This document shows, one piece after another, positions 8,604-18,104 of a stretch of DNA of 64,000 nucleotides. Position numbers and translations under genes: made by a program. The stretch's first letter is position 1, and each line of letters starts with the position of its first letter. Source of the DNA: an uncultured bacterium (lineage in GTDB: Bacteria; Acidobacteriota; Thermoanaerobaculia; Multivoradales; JAHZIX01). The stretch is taken from contig CBDUPA010000002.1 of assembly GCA_965368975.1 (NCBI GenBank), forward strand, positions 320,001 through 384,000. Direction: 5' to 3'. The notes under the pieces were generated by a model. It saw nothing but the letters and a program-made list of their open reading frames with translations. It was not told the DNA's origin and ran no database searches.

Positions 8604-10823
8604 ATGAATACTCGACTTTCTCTCACCCTCTCCCTCACCCTCCTCACGCTCAGCTCGGCGCCCGCGACGGCCGAAGGTACAGCCGCAACTACCTGGACAC
8701 CGCTCTCGATCCAGCTGGAGGCCGAACTCGATCCCGCGGCAGGTTCCCTGCAGGCCAAAGCCCACCTCGACTTCCGGGCCGGCAGCGAGGCCCTTCGCCT
8801 GGCCCTGCATCCCGCGCTGACCCTCGACTCGGTGGTAGAGCTTGGCACTTCGCGCCAGCTCGAGGTCCTGCAGGTCGAGGCTGGCAACCTGGAAGAAGCT
8901 CCGCTCCAGCCGGCAGTCTACGAGCTGGTCGAGCTGACGGAGCTCCGCGGCGGCGTTCTGCTCGAGGTCCGCTACCACGGCACCCTGCGCCAAGACATCA
9001 CAGCCGGTGAGCAGCCCGGGCAGATTCACAACTTCCAGATGCAGGCCCACATCGGCACCGAAGGCGTCTACCTCGAGGCCGACGCCTACTGGCATCCGCG
9101 CCTGCCTCCCGCCGCCGACAACACCCCGGCTCCGTTGGTCACGCACGAACTGGTCGTCGAGGCACCGTCCGACCTCGTGCTGGTGGCCAGCGGCGAACGC
9201 TCAGAGACGAACTCCACCCATTGGACCACCCCTCTGCCCCTCCCCGGCCTGACCCTGGTCGGCGGCCAGCACCGCGTGTGGCAGCGGCAGGTTGGCGATG
9301 TGCTCGTGCGGGCCCATCTGAGCGAGGACTCCGCGGCTTTCGCCGAACCCTTGCTCCAGGCTACCGAGCACTACCTCGGCCTCTTCCAGCCCCGCCTCGG
9401 CGCCTACCCCTACCGTGAGTTCACCATCGTCGAGAACTTCTTCAGCTCCGGCTTCGCCTTCCCCGGCTTCACGCTACTGGCCAAGGAAGTGATCCGCATG
9501 GGCGAGAGCAGCCTGCGCCCCGGCTACCTCGACCACGAGCTGCTGCACAGCTGGTGGGGCAACGGCGTCTACGTCTCCCCCGAAGACGGCAACTGGTGCG
9601 AAGCGCTCGCGACCTTCTGCGGCAACTACATGCGTCCCGTGCTGGAGGGCCACGATGCGGACGGCCGCAAGTTCCGCCGTGACGTGACCGAAAGCGTCAG
9701 CCGACTCGACGACGACCGCCTGCATCCGCTAGGTGACTTTCAGCTCGAAGGTGCCCCCGAAGAGGTGAGTCGCTTCCAGGGTTACCAGGGGGGCGCCATG
9801 GTGTTCCACGAGCTACAGCGCCAGCTGGGCCAGGAGGCCATGTGGAACGGCCTGCGTCGCTTCTACACCGAGCACAAGGGCCAACACGCTGGCTGGGCGG
9901 AACTACAAGCCGCCTTCGAAGCCGAAAGTGGTCGCGATCTGGACGCTTTCTTCCACTACTGGCTGCGAGGCGACCAGGTACCCGAGATCGCGGTCACTGC
10001 AGCCCGGACGGTGGAGACGGGCATCGAGCTGGAAGTCCACGCCGACTTCGGCAGCTCGGACAGCGAGATGACCTCCCTGGGCTCCACCCTACCGCTGAAG
10101 CTCAAAGCCGCCGACGGCATCACCATCGCCGAGCGCGACATCGCGGTCCAGCAGGGTACCCACACCGTTCGATGGAACCTGCCCGCCGAGGTGACGACCC
10201 AGCCGCTGACGGTCGAAGTCGACCCCGACTTCCTCACCCTTCGCCGCCTGCCACCGCAGCTCCTCATGCCCACCCTCTCCGCCGTCGGCCTGCCGCAGGG
10301 CTTGACGCTGGTGCAGTCGAGCGAAGAGTCCGAAGCCGCGAAGGCAGCCTATGCCCCCGTCGTCGAGGCGTTCGAGCGTCGGTACACGCGATCCCCGGAC
10401 GACCTGCGTCAAGTTGATGCCGCGAACCTGCAGAAGAGTCTGGGCGAAGGCGATTATCTGATCCTCGGCCGAGCCACGCAGCAGCCAGCCGTGCAAGCCG
10501 TGCTCGAGAACTCACCGGTCAAGGTCACAGCCGGCGGCTTCCAGCTCGACGGCACTAGCTACACCGGCCCGGCGGATGCTCTGCTGGCCTGCCTGCGCAA
10601 TCCGAACGATCCGGAGGGCGTCGTGTGCCTCTACAGCGGCAACCGTCCCGAAGCGTTGGAGCGGGCCCACCTGCTGCCGTTCTACGGCGGTAATAGCTTG
10701 ATCGTGTTCCAGAGCGGCAGCCCCGTCGAGCGTCGGGACTTCGAAGGGGTAGAGCGGGTGGCAACTTTGCGTTCTTGTAGGAGCTATGATCCAGCCTCTT
10801 TGGATTCTCCGGATCAAAACTAG
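8604..10823 (+). CDS. Secreted M1 family zinc aminopeptidase-like protein
   Basis: Signal peptide; DHELLHSWWGN...NWCEAL (HExxH...E). Confidence 0.8.
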   Translation: MNTRLSLTLSLTLLTLSSAPATAEGTAATTWTPLSIQLEAELDPAAGSLQAKAHLDFRAGSEALRLALHPALTLDSVVELGTSRQLEVLQVEAGNLEEAPLQPAVYELVELTELRGGVLLEVRYHGTLRQDITAGEQPGQIHNFQMQAHIGTEGVYLEADAYWHPRLPPAADNTPAPLVTHELVVEAPSDLVLVASGERSETNSTHWTTPLPLPGLTLVGGQHRVWQRQVGDVLVRAHLSEDSAAFAEPLLQATEHYLGLFQPRLGAYPYREFTIVENFFSSGFAFPGFTLLAKEVIRMGESSLRPGYLDHELLHSWWGNGVYVSPEDGNWCEALATFCGNYMRPVLEGHDADGRKFRRDVTESVSRLDDDRLHPLGDFQLEGAPEEVSRFQGYQGGAMVFHELQRQLGQEAMWNGLRRFYTEHKGQHAGWAELQAAFEAESGRDLDAFFHYWLRGDQVPEIAVTAARTVETGIELEVHADFGSSDSEMTSLGSTLPLKLKAADGITIAERDIAVQQGTHTVRWNLPAEVTTQPLTVEVDPDFLTLRRLPPQLLMPTLSAVGLPQGLTLVQSSEESEAAKAAYAPVVEAFERRYTRSPDDLRQVDAANLQKSLGEGDYLILGRATQQPAVQAVLENSPVKVTAGGFQLDGTSYTGPADALLACLRNPNDPEGVVCLYSGNRPEALERAHLLPFYGGNSLIVFQSGSPVERRDFEGVERVATLRSCRSYDPASLDSPDQN

Positions 10824-11023
10824 GGTCTAAGGCCAAGAGCAGTTCTCTGAGGTATGGACTCGACCTACTAAGCTCAACCCTTGACACGCATTAAAGCCGG
10901 TGCGTGCCTTAGGGAGCAAACATGCGCCAGCACACATCAAGTAAAGACACTATACTCTTGCAGGCTGCGCCAGTTCACCGAGCGATCAGCCAGCACCCAA
11001 CTCAGTAAGAGACTGGAGGCCCT

Positions 11024-12349
11024 GTGATCTTGATGCCAGATCCATCTCTATTGACTACGAGTGATAGTCGAAGTTTCATCGATGCCCTACCAGACTGGTT
11101 TGGTTGGGCCCTCTTGGGGATCTTTGCTACCTGTGTCTTCATTTTCGGCTACGCATACCGAAGCGTTCGGACCGGGCAAGAAGGGTCCTCAGAGCCACCA
11201 AGAGTAGTCGTCATCCCTCGCGATCATTACGACTTATCCAGGCTCGCACTTTCTGCCTTATTGTTAGCAGTCAGCGCTGTGGCAACCATCGTTCTTCCTT
11301 TTACCTTCTACGACTCCCAGACTAAACGGGATCAGGAAGCTCTCCGAATCTCTAAGCTAGAACTCGCCCTTCCACTTCTTGCCGAGCAAGACCCCAGCGC
11401 AGTGAGGACTGGCCTACTGACTCTTGATCGTTTGGGAGATACGCAAAGGGCCCTCGAATTTGCAAGAAGCTCTAACAACCGTGGGGTAATATCCGGCCTT
11501 GTTCAAATCATCTCCGACCAGAATCGACAGCCATCTCTCAGGGACTTCAAGTGCGACCGAGCCTTAAACCCAAGCACCGAAGCCCGAATACTGGAGACAA
11601 TTAGAAGAGGTATGCAGACCAGGTGGGCCTCTGCAATTGCAGAAATCACCTACCGAAATTACCAGAATATCCCCGCACTGAACAATACTACCTCAACAGG
11701 CCTTTTGTTAAGCCAGGAGCTTACGAACAAGGCGTCTTCCACAACTTCGAACCAACCTATGCTTCTTTTTGATCCTGAGTTAAGAACCCGAAAGGACTTG
11801 TGCCCCGAGGAAGAGAAACAGGAAGAGGAGGAAGAGAAACAGGAAGAGAACGAGGAAGAGAACGAGGAAGAGAACGAGGAAGAGAACGAGGAAGAGAACG
11901 AGGAAGAGAGCAAGCCTAGTCTGGAGTTCATCACTCTTTCTGGCATCTCAGGCAGCGTTGAGTTCTGCTGTGAATGTCAAGCACCAGTCCATTTTGGCAA
12001 CTCTGAAGTGGACGAGCAACAATGGAAAATTGTACGACCAGGGGTAAACCTAGGAGATCATGTGATCGGAATCTCCAGAAACAGAAGTGCGCCCGTGCTC
12101 CGCGAGGACGGAGACGCAGAGTGCTTGCTCACCGCGATTCCTGGCCGAATAATCAGAGTAAATGACCAAATCGTGGAAGTGAAGTTCCTCAAGCAGACCT
12201 TCCCGCCGGATTTCATATTCTCAGAGTATGGATACTTCCTAGGGTATCGGACAATAGAACGGGCTCCGCCTGGAAGCGAGTTAGTAAGACTTACAGCTAT
12301 CTACACATCCGTTACACGACAGGATGTGACTATCAAAGAAGGATGGTGA
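11024..12349 (+). CDS. Hypothetical membrane protein with acidic EENE repeat and possible degenerate trypsin-like C-terminal domain
   Basis: 441-codon ORF in lower-GC DNA; two N-terminal hydrophobic helices; start uncertain (11024/11033). Confidence 0.65.
   Translation: MILMPDPSLLTTSDSRSFIDALPDWFGWALLGIFATCVFIFGYAYRSVRTGQEGSSEPPRVVVIPRDHYDLSRLALSALLLAVSAVATIVLPFTFYDSQTKRDQEALRISKLELALPLLAEQDPSAVRTGLLTLDRLGDTQRALEFARSSNNRGVISGLVQIISDQNRQPSLRDFKCDRALNPSTEARILETIRRGMQTRWASAIAEITYRNYQNIPALNNTTSTGLLLSQELTNKASSTTSNQPMLLFDPELRTRKDLCPEEEKQEEEEEKQEENEEENEEENEEENEEENEEESKPSLEFITLSGISGSVEFCCECQAPVHFGNSEVDEQQWKIVRPGVNLGDHVIGISRNRSAPVLREDGDAECLLTAIPGRIIRVNDQIVEVKFLKQTFPPDFIFSEYGYFLGYRTIERAPPGSELVRLTAIYTSVTRQDVTIKEGW
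11807..11909 (+). repeat. In-frame 12-bp tandem repeat (GAGGAAGAGAAC) encoding poly-EENE
   Basis: About five near-perfect copies plus degenerate EEEKQ copies. Confidence 0.92.
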
Positions 12350-12352
12350 AGG

Positions 12353-12631
12353 ATGAGAGGCCTAATAACCGAAAACAGGATAATCCCAACATGCGTCAAT
12401 GCCACAGATGTGCTAGTTTTTGCTGGGGTCCTGATTTTCATCGTCCTAGGGCTGTTTCCCAGCCTAATCGAAGAGGATGTACCCGAGACTCAGCCACCAG
12501 TAGACTTCATGCTTCCGAGCTGCCTTGCCCAACAGGGCTATGCGCTTCGACATCTTGGACAAGAGCCGCAGATTGGCGGAACTATCAATCCAGCTACCTT
12601 GAGGTGCTCAGGTGCTCCAACCAACTGCTAG
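12353..12631 (+). CDS. Small membrane-anchored/exported peptide with C-terminal GTINPATLRCSGAPTNC motif (copy 1)
   Basis: Hydrophobic stretch VLVFAGVLIFIVLGLF; C-terminal 17 aa are 14/17 identical to the peptide at 17753-18001. Confidence 0.75.
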   Translation: MRGLITENRIIPTCVNATDVLVFAGVLIFIVLGLFPSLIEEDVPETQPPVDFMLPSCLAQQGYALRHLGQEPQIGGTINPATLRCSGAPTNC

Positions 12632-13886
12632 GATAAGAAGGCTAATCCCAAGGAGAAGCATCATTGTTCAAGTGACTCTCGTTTTCGGCCTTGGTGCCTG
12701 CGGCTGGGAAGGAGAGCGAGTAGAGTTGACCCCTCCACCTAGATGGGTTTCCAGCTTACACATAAATTCGACCGAGAGTTCTTTCCTGATTATTGTAGAT
12801 CCTACAGCTGAAGTAGAGGACGGCCTACTCTTCTATGACCACAGAGGCTCAAGTCTCCGCATGCAGCACCCGGCCAATGGAATGATGGTGGTTGCTATGC
12901 AAGCTTTCGGTTCTGGCGATATCTCAAGAGTTCCCGGCAGCGGGTACATCGCACAAACTGACGGACCCAAGTTCCTGCATTTTGATGACCAACTCAAGCT
13001 CAGGAGCGAAGTCTTCGATAAGACAACGCTCCTCATCAATGGAGCAGCTCAATGCAACTCAAGCATTGAGACGGAATCTAATTTCAAATTTGCAACAATC
13101 GGCATGCCTATAGCATGGCATTTTTCTGCTGAACGGTTGTTCCTCTTGGGAGATATCCAGGTGTTTGAAGGGCCTCCAGAAGACTCCGAGGGCTCATGGA
13201 TGTTTGGCCTACTAGAGATTGACAGATCTGCATCAAGGCCGTCATTCAATATCATCGGTAGCCTGCATTCGGTCGACGAATCCACCAGAGATCAGCATTT
13301 GGATCAATCCACCAGAGATCGGCATTTGTATGCTCGCTTTCCGGTCCTCACAGTTGTCAAGAATTATCTTTATTTCCTGCATTTAGAGGAGAACCCGACA
13401 ATCCTCAGATACAGAATCGGTAGCTGCGCAGAACCCAGGGTCATCCTAGCGCTCAGTGAAAGGCCATTCCAACTAACAGCTCCGAATGTACCTCGGAGGA
13501 TTTCTGGGCCAGATGTTGGCAGCGTTTTCAAAGCTCAGGAGATGTCGGATATGCCGATAGGCCTATTCAACTGGGAAGACCGGTTGGTCTTGGCATCACG
13601 GCGCAGAGCAGTCCCGGGTGCAACTACTGATTGGGAGTTACATCTGCTTAAGGGAGCACGCTCAAGCTCTCTTGAGCTGGATCGTTCACTTAAACTCACC
13701 CAAGTGAGTGCCTCCCACCTGATGATTGCTCCTGGAGACCCTGAGTGGGTATTTCTGGAGCAAGGCACTGTCGAGAGTCTGGGATTTCAGAATCAGGAAT
13801 CCATCTTAATACTTCCGAATTCAAGAATACAGCACTGCTTCCACAAGAGCGGAGACGGAGTCACTGCTGAGTGCCCGCCGGTCTAA
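12612..13886 (+). CDS. Exported beta-rich (putative beta-propeller) lipoprotein, partner of peptide copy 1
   Basis: Lipobox-like LVFGLGAC; collinear motifs shared with 18105-19235; start uncertain. Confidence 0.65.
   Translation: MLQPTARIRRLIPRRSIIVQVTLVFGLGACGWEGERVELTPPPRWVSSLHINSTESSFLIIVDPTAEVEDGLLFYDHRGSSLRMQHPANGMMVVAMQAFGSGDISRVPGSGYIAQTDGPKFLHFDDQLKLRSEVFDKTTLLINGAAQCNSSIETESNFKFATIGMPIAWHFSAERLFLLGDIQVFEGPPEDSEGSWMFGLLEIDRSASRPSFNIIGSLHSVDESTRDQHLDQSTRDRHLYARFPVLTVVKNYLYFLHLEENPTILRYRIGSCAEPRVILALSERPFQLTAPNVPRRISGPDVGSVFKAQEMSDMPIGLFNWEDRLVLASRRRAVPGATTDWELHLLKGARSSSLELDRSLKLTQVSASHLMIAPGDPEWVFLEQGTVESLGFQNQESILILPNSRIQHCFHKSGDGVTAECPPV
13279..13328 (+). repeat. 27-bp-period in-frame tandem duplication (STRDQHL / STRDRHL)
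   Basis: aatccaccagagatcagcatttg gatc aatccaccagagatcggcatttg. Confidence 0.88.
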
Positions 13887-13894
13887 GAGGCAGC

Positions 13895-15304
13895 CTAGGT
13901 CCACCCGATCCACACCGCTACCACCAACGCGACGCACGCCACGATCCACGCCTTGACCAGGAACGGCAGCACAAAGCGCACCCAGCGGTCATAAGGAATA
14001 CGGGCGATCGACAAGATACCGACGAGCACCGCGTTGGTCGGCACCAGGATGTTGGTGAGACCGTCGCCGAACTGGTAGGCCAGCACCGACACCTGACGCG
14101 ACACGCCGACGAGATCCCCGATCGGTGCCATCAGCGGCACGGTCACGTACGCTTGACCGCTGCCGGAGGGGATGAAGAAGTTACACAGGCTTTGGAACAC
14201 CAGCATACCGACGGCGGCAAGCTCCGGACCCAGAGTCTCCAAGGTCGACGCAATGCTGTGGATGATCGTATCGACGACTTGACCCTCGTCCAGCACCAAC
14301 TCGATCGTGCGCGCAAAACCGATCAGGAGCGCGGTCGTCGTAAGTTCGGCGGCGCCGTGGCAGAAGTTCTTGGCGGTGCCATCGAAGCCGAGACGTCCGG
14401 CGAGGCCCAGGACGATCGAGAGGCCGAGGAAGAGAGCTCCCATCTCGACCAGGTACCAGCCCTGGCTGACCAGACCCCAGATCAACAAACCGACGGCGGC
14501 AACTGTGACGAACAGGGACAGCTTGTGCCGCCCGGTCAGGCTCGGGTGCTCGTTGGCGTCGACGGTGGCGGGTGGCTCGATGCCGGCGACCAGGGACTTC
14601 GACGGATCCGCCTTGACCTTGCTGGCATAGCTCCACACATGGTGAATGCCGATGGCCAGGAAGACGACGACCCAAGCGAGGCGGTATGGCATGCCGGAGC
14701 CTTGAGGCAGGCCAGCAATGTCCTGCGCGATGAAGATGGTGAAGGGGTTGATGATCGCCAGGCCGTAGCCAATGCCGTAGCCGATGCACATCACGCCAAC
14801 GGCGGTCACAGCGTCGAAGCCCAGGGCAACGCACAGCGCAACGAGCATGAGGACGAAGGGTATGTACTCCTCCGCCATGCCAATCGTGCTAGAGCCAACG
14901 GCGAAGAGCAGGATGCCGCCGGTGATCAACCAGAAGGGTCGATGACCGAGCCGGCGCAGCAGAGCGCCGATGGCGGCATCGGCAGCGCCGGTGGCGCGGA
15001 AGACACCGAACGCTCCGCCGACGATGAAGACGAAGAAGATGATGTTCTGCGCCGCCGCAAAGCCGGCCGGGATGGCGGTGAGCGGCGTCAGGGGGCTGAG
15101 CGTCGTGGGCTCTGCGGCGCGTTCGTAACTGCCCGCGACGACACGGTCGTGACCGTCGACCTCCTGGCGCTCGTACTGCCCCTGCGGCAGCAGGTAGGTG
15201 AGTACCAGCGCCAGCACGATCATGCCAAAGAGCAGCACTAGCGTATGGGGCACGCGGAAGCCTGAACTGGAAGGGGCGGAACCGCTCTTGGTAGTCTCAG
15301 CCAT
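13895..15304 (-). CDS. yfcC: YfcC family (IT superfamily) transporter
   Basis: [40 protein letters not shown] motifs; many TM helices. Confidence 0.88.
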   Translation of the reverse strand: MAETTKSGSAPSSSGFRVPHTLVLLFGMIVLALVLTYLLPQGQYERQEVDGHDRVVAGSYERAAEPTTLSPLTPLTAIPAGFAAAQNIIFFVFIVGGAFGVFRATGAADAAIGALLRRLGHRPFWLITGGILLFAVGSSTIGMAEEYIPFVLMLVALCVALGFDAVTAVGVMCIGYGIGYGLAIINPFTIFIAQDIAGLPQGSGMPYRLAWVVVFLAIGIHHVWSYASKVKADPSKSLVAGIEPPATVDANEHPSLTGRHKLSLFVTVAAVGLLIWGLVSQGWYLVEMGALFLGLSIVLGLAGRLGFDGTAKNFCHGAAELTTTALLIGFARTIELVLDEGQVVDTIIHSIASTLETLGPELAAVGMLVFQSLCNFFIPSGSGQAYVTVPLMAPIGDLVGVSRQVSVLAYQFGDGLTNILVPTNAVLVGILSIARIPYDRWVRFVLPFLVKAWIVACVALVVAVWIGWT

Positions 15305-15475
15305 AGTCTTCTCCTAATATCTTCCTCGGTGTGGCGTACATCAAGCCGATGCGCGCCGAGTTAACCACATCTGACCCCGAGGCGACGAGAGCAGTCTTGA
15401 ACCGCTGTAAGACTCACGCTCCTCAACAGAACACTGGTGCTGGGTCGCATCGTCGTCTGACGCGCCATAGACACC

Positions 15476-17499
15476 ATTGGTAGATCCTTACACGTTTCTA
15501 AGCGGTCGCCCGCTCGGGTAGATGTCAAGACCCCCTTTCAAACCGTGCTTGCGGATTTCCCGCACACGGCTTACGGATGGCCTCTCGGGTCGCGGCATTA
15601 CGCAGCCTCCGGGTAGCGGATCGTGCCCATGAGCTTGTAGAGCCCGAGGTTCCAGAAGGACTCACTCGTCCAGCGGCGCGCCTCGCCCAGCTTCAGGTGC
15701 CGCCCTTTGCGCGTAAGGCGCAAGCGGCGCAGTCGTCGCCAGACGTAGGTGTCGACTTGAACGAATTGCTTGGCGGCGTTTCCCGTGCGGAAGTACTGAC
15801 TCCACCCTCGAAGCACGGGGTTGAGACTCGCGATGACATCGCGCAGATCCGCGTGGCATCGTGACCTCGGAGTCAGCTCTTTGATGCGCTGCCGTATACG
15901 CTGCATCGAGCGCTGCGACGGCCAACGGTGGAGAAAGTAGAGCCGACGCCCCGTCTTCTCCCACAATCGACCGCTCAAACGCTTGTGCAGGTGGCAGCCG
16001 AGGAAGTCGAACCCCTCCTTGCCGTCGTAGAGATTCACTCGCCTCGTCTTCTCCGGGTGTAGCTCCAGACCAAGACGTTCCAGGATCACGCGGATCCGCG
16101 CCTCGGCCTGATCGCACTGGGACTTCGTGCGACAGATCACGACGAAGTCGTCTGCGTACCGCACCAGCGTCCCCAAGGGAGCGCTGTGGCGCGTCCACAG
16201 CGTGTCCAGCACATGCAGGTAGATGTTCGACAGCAAGGGTGAAATCACACCACCCTGCGGTGTACCGACCCGCGTCGGCGACACCTTGCCGTCCTCCATC
16301 ACACCAGCTTCGAGCCACTGCCGCAGCAGCTTCAGCATCCGCCGATCCGAGACGCGCCGTGCCACCAGAAGCAACAGCTTCCGGTGGTCGATGCTCCCGA
16401 AGTAGTCCCGGATGTCGGCATCGAGCACGTGATGATGCCCCTTGGCGCCGAGCTTCCTCAGCGTCTCCAGCGCATCCGTCGCACTCCGCTTTGGCCGGAA
16501 ACCATACGAGACGGGCAAGAAATCCGCCTCGAAGATCGCCTCCAACACCAGCTTTGCCGCCATCTGGACCACACGGTCTCGTACCGTCGGGATACCCAGC
16601 GGCCGCTTCCTTCCATCTGCCTTCGGGATGTACCGGCGCAGCACCACCTCAGGCCGATACTTCTTGGCTCGCAGCGAGGAACCGAGCTCTTCCAGGAAGC
16701 GCTCGGTACCGTACTGCTCCACGTCGCCTAGCGTCGCGGCATCGACGCCCGCGGCTCCGCGGTTGGCTCGTACCCGCTTCCACGCCTCCCACAGGATGTC
16801 ATCCCTGTGGATGTGGTTGTACAGGGCGTGGAAACGCCTACCCGGCGACCGCTTGGCCGCCGCCCACAGTCGACGTTGGAGGTGGCGCACTTTCACGCTC
16901 GGCCTACGGCCGACGGGGTCGATAGGTCCGGTCTTGCCGGCCATTCCCTTGCACGTGCCTCCACCCTCGACATGACCAAACCAGGGACCCTTCCCTAAGG
17001 CGGCGTTCTTCTGCACCGCCTTCACCGGTACTACGATCCCCTCGGACTCCCGCTGCGCACGACCCGACTTCGCCTTCGGCCTATACGGGCACGCTGGCCG
17101 CGACAACGGCTGCACAGACGGGTCTCTCGTGTTCCGCGCGTCTCCTTGCACACGTGCTGCGCCCCATACCCCGCCGGCATCCGACGCAGGCTCCGGATCT
17201 GACCCCACGCCGGACATGGCCTTCGCCGTGACATGAGCGGCTCGGCTACCGAATTGTAAATCTGTCGAGGCTGCAGGCTTCACTTCATGTTGCGGCCCGT
17301 GTGCTTGCTCCCCGTCCAGCGGAAATTCTCCGCCTCCGGGCTTGTGACGCCCCGCTCGGGCAAAGGGGTCTCCCCCAAATACCTGGGGCCGGCTACTCGG
17401 CGCTCCGGCGCTTACCGAGGTGGGACTTTCACCCACTGGACACGCGCAGCGCACAGATCTCTCCCCGGAAACCAGAGTTCGATCTGTTTCACGACGCAC
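15476..17499 (-). mobile_element. Group II intron, apparently complete (~2.0 kb)
   Basis: 5' GTGCG at 17499; domain V AAGCCGTGTGCGGGAAATCCGCAAGCACGGTTT (AGC triad, GAAA loop) just after the RT stop; domain VI ending ...CTACCAAT at 15476; RT ORF inside. Confidence 0.88.
15598..16944 (-). CDS. ltrA: Group II intron reverse transcriptase/maturase without C-terminal endonuclease
   Basis: NRGAAGVD, RPLGIPTVRDR, SYGFRP, GTPQGGVISPLLSNIYL, RYADDFV, FDFLG, LRGWSQYF (X domain); ends YPEAA*; internal ATG 16944, frame is open up to 17502. Confidence 0.93.
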   Translation of the reverse strand: MAGKTGPIDPVGRRPSVKVRHLQRRLWAAAKRSPGRRFHALYNHIHRDDILWEAWKRVRANRGAAGVDAATLGDVEQYGTERFLEELGSSLRAKKYRPEVVLRRYIPKADGRKRPLGIPTVRDRVVQMAAKLVLEAIFEADFLPVSYGFRPKRSATDALETLRKLGAKGHHHVLDADIRDYFGSIDHRKLLLLVARRVSDRRMLKLLRQWLEAGVMEDGKVSPTRVGTPQGGVISPLLSNIYLHVLDTLWTRHSAPLGTLVRYADDFVVICRTKSQCDQAEARIRVILERLGLELHPEKTRRVNLYDGKEGFDFLGCHLHKRLSGRLWEKTGRRLYFLHRWPSQRSMQRIRQRIKELTPRSRCHADLRDVIASLNPVLRGWSQYFRTGNAAKQFVQVDTYVWRRLRRLRLTRKGRHLKLGEARRWTSESFWNLGLYKLMGTIRYPEAA

Positions 17500-17600
17500 C
17501 ATGGCCTCATTCTAGGTCCGACAACGCGTACTAGTATTGAGCCAGAAGATTCGCTAGCAAGAACATTCCCAGCGAGCCTCAGACTGATTGGGCCAATAGG

Positions 17601-17630
17601 TTGACAAGCAAAGTTGGCCGGAGCTACACT
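17601..17630 (+). promoter_or_regulatory. Candidate sigma70 promoter for peptide copy 2 module
   Basis: TTGACA-N18-TACACT. Confidence 0.5.
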
Positions 17631-17752
17631 CTCATTCTTCTTTTCTCCTCCTTATTTCGGTCTAACTTCAATCTCAGAATCTGTGTTCTCCATGCAACAA
17701 AGACCGGAGAATCGCGTTTCTGTTATAGTATGAGTACCCGAAGGAGCCATTG

Positions 17753-18001
17753 ATGAAATTGCACAAGAGACTTTGGCGGGTTTCGGCTATTTGTGTTGCT
17801 CTGCTCGCATTTTCGGCAGGCGCAGTAGGCCAAGGACACTGTCCATCGCAAACAGCCTCTTCTGCTGCCAGGGACTTTGGCAGTACAAGCTGCACGGACA
17901 AGAGCAATCACCGGGGGGACTTGCACGAATCTCCTGACATCCTATCCGGAACGATCAATCCCATCTCCCTGACGTGCAGTGGCGCACCAACAAACTGCTG
18001 A
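17753..18001 (+). CDS. Small secreted Cys peptide with C-terminal GTINPISLTCSGAPTNC motif (copy 2)
   Basis: AAGGAG RBS; Sec signal MKLHKRLWRVSAICVALLAFSAGAVG; four Cys in predicted mature part; shared C-terminal motif. Confidence 0.82.
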   Translation: MKLHKRLWRVSAICVALLAFSAGAVGQGHCPSQTASSAARDFGSTSCTDKSNHRGDLHESPDILSGTINPISLTCSGAPTNC

Positions 18002-18104
18002 GTCCTTCCCCCCGACTGAGAACCAGGTAAAACGATCAATGAACATGCCAGAATCTGCTCTCTTGGCAGCCTACTCCTCTTGGGCTGACCGGTACTACAC
18101 TTTC

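Noticed and set aside
10881-10956. sigma70 promoter from TTGACA (10881) and TATACT (10951)
   Set aside because: The two boxes are 64 nt apart and neither has a well-spaced partner
15598-16944. This RT as the enzyme diversifying the VRs at 25.9-26.8 kb
   Set aside because: It has group II intron RT/maturase motifs (YADD, GTPQGG, X domain) and sits inside recognisable intron boundaries with domain V; it is not a DGR RT
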